Assembly (NCBI GenBank): GCA_036833715.1
Contig: DAITPG010000001.1
Location: 1 to 48,427 of the forward strand
Reading direction: 5' to 3'
Origin: Eubacteriaceae bacterium
GTDB taxonomy: Bacteria; Bacillota; Clostridia; Eubacteriales; Anaerofustaceae
DNA: 48,427 nt
Under the pieces are notes generated by a model. It saw nothing but the letters and a program-made list of their open reading frames with translations. It had not been told where the DNA came from and made no database searches. The translations under genes and the position numbers were made by a program. This document shows positions 47,436-48,427 of the stretch, piece by piece; position 1 is the first letter of the stretch; the number at the start of each line of letters is the position of its first letter.

Positions 47436-47801
47436 TTAATACTGTGTGAGTACAAAAGAAAGACTCCAACTGCTTTCAGTGGAGTCCTTGTCCTTTCGTC
47501 TGTTCAACTTAGCTTCTCGGTCCCCCGCATACATAGTTATAGTGGGATCTTCTGATGTCGTTGGATCAAAAAATGTTACCGTAATTTTTGCGGGTTTTAT
47601 CGCATCGGTTATTGATTTTAGCTGAGATTTAGTCAAATTATCCCATCCTATTGAAATGGAATATACATCAGCTCGCACTCTGGAACGATTAAGAAAACCC
47701 GCTTCAGTTCGTTTTGTTTTGTCGCTGTCCATATCTCGTGAAGTTACGCCATAGTCTGTGGGTTCGATTAGATCGACACCATTTATATTTATGGTAGCCA
47801 T
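47436..47801 (-). CDS. Phage distal-tail-protein-like protein
   Basis: 121 aa, immediately after the tape measure gene. Assigned on position. Confidence 0.4.
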   Translation of the reverse strand: MATININGVDLIEPTDYGVTSRDMDSDKTKRTEAGFLNRSRVRADVYSISIGWDNLTKSQLKSITDAIKPAKITVTFFDPTTSEDPTITMYAGDREAKLNRRKDKDSTESSWSLSFVLTQY

Positions 47802-47804
47802 AGC

Positions 47805-48427
47805 TTACCTCCCGTTGGTGCGCAGGTTGCGCCTTTTTGATCGACGCTCAATAGCCGCACTTATTCTTTCACTGTCTAAATAAACATAGATGTCTCCTCC
47901 TGAATTACCGGCCCCCGCAACAACTGCCGATACTCGTCCGGCAATTTTATCTGCAAGCACATCCATCCAGCCTGTATGATTTTCTAGGGGAAGAACAGCC
48001 TCACGGCCGCGTTCACCAATTTGCGCAACCGTGGGAGCATCAACTATGCCTCCGCGAGCCATGCGAGGAATTGAGACGGTGCCGATGGTGCTTATATAAC
48101 CGAGACTTACGCCTAAAATAGGTATGTTATTTATTTTGTCAATAATGTTATTTATTCCGCGGATAAAAGCATTGATAATGCCGATAAATCCGTTAATAAC
48201 ACCCTCGACAATTCCAACAACAGAATTGTACATCCACTTAAAAGCATTGACGATAGGATCGATTACATAGGTTCTTATGTATCCGGCAAGCGTTGAAGCT
48301 CCGGTTTGTATGCCTCTCCATAGTCCTCCAAAAAAGTCTTTTATTGGAGTTACGACTTTGTTATTGAACCATTTAGCTGAGTTTAAAAAGACATTTTTCA
48401 AACCATTCCAAAGGTTCGTTGCCCCGG
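47805..48427 (-). CDS. Tape measure protein, C-terminal part (open to the window edge)
   Basis: The reading frame has no stop between 48401 and 48427. It has a Gly/Ile-rich helical region and the C-terminal motif GGIVDAPTVAQIGERGREAVLPLE common in TMPs. Confidence 0.65.
   Translation of the reverse strand, partial: GATNLWNGLKNVFLNSAKWFNNKVVTPIKDFFGGLWRGIQTGASTLAGYIRTYVIDPIVNAFKWMYNSVVGIVEGVINGFIGIINAFIRGINNIIDKINNIPILGVSLGYISTIGTVSIPRMARGGIVDAPTVAQIGERGREAVLPLENHTGWMDVLADKIAGRVSAVVAGAGNSGGDIYVYLDSERISAAIERRSKRRNLRTNGR

Larger units (their letters stand above)
38512..48427 (-). mobile_element. Right arm of a siphovirus-like prophage (tail, lysis and moron region), truncated by the window edge
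   Basis: Uninterrupted minus-strand series: TMP C-terminus, Dit-like, Tal-like, tail fibre, holins and endolysin, then an AT-rich accessory cassette abutting the tRNA-Arg. No integrase or att repeat is visible in the window. Confidence 0.75.

Overview
This 48.4-kb window looks like an anaerobic Firmicute (Clostridia-like) chromosome; that taxonomic call is inferred from gene content only. All protein and RNA family assignments come from reading motifs by eye, with no searches run.

**Positions 1-38.3 kb: core metabolism.**
- A MacAB-type ABC efflux trio, then stress and repair genes (uvsE, trxA, desulfoferrodoxin, nth).
- Lipoate synthesis genes lipB-lipA, followed by a fluoride riboswitch and crcB.
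- A 9.4-kb co-directional minus-strand C1/folate array. It is headed by a THF riboswitch and runs folT-fhs-fchA-folD-metV-metF-lpdA-gcvH-amidohydrolase-FNT formate channel.
- A divergent pair: a methyl-THF:corrinoid methyltransferase and a RACo-type corrinoid activase.
- Adenine deaminase, an ECF sigma/anti-sigma pair, PiT plus a PhoU-like protein, an M20 peptidase, lplA, a QueG-like Fe-S protein and a CwlD-type amidase.

**tRNA junction.** A tRNA-Arg(ACG) at 38435-38511 marks the boundary with a prophage right arm. All prophage genes are on the minus strand and the element runs off the right edge.

**Prophage arm.** In phage order it contains the tape-measure C-terminus, a Dit-like protein, a Tal-like protein, an 874-aa tail fibre with three 98-aa repeats, a holin-like protein, a LysM-M23 endolysin and a holin.

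**Main finding.** An AT-rich cassette sits between the phage holin terminator and the tRNA. It is separately transcribed and has three genes:
- a 367-aa SpoIIAB/RsbW-like GHKL ATPase or kinase,
- an overlapping 104-aa STAS-like (DUF4325-type) protein,
- a 176-aa two-TM protein.

A 79-aa ORF follows it. I could not match this trio to any named defence system from memory. I propose it as a prophage-borne partner-switching defence or abortive-infection candidate.
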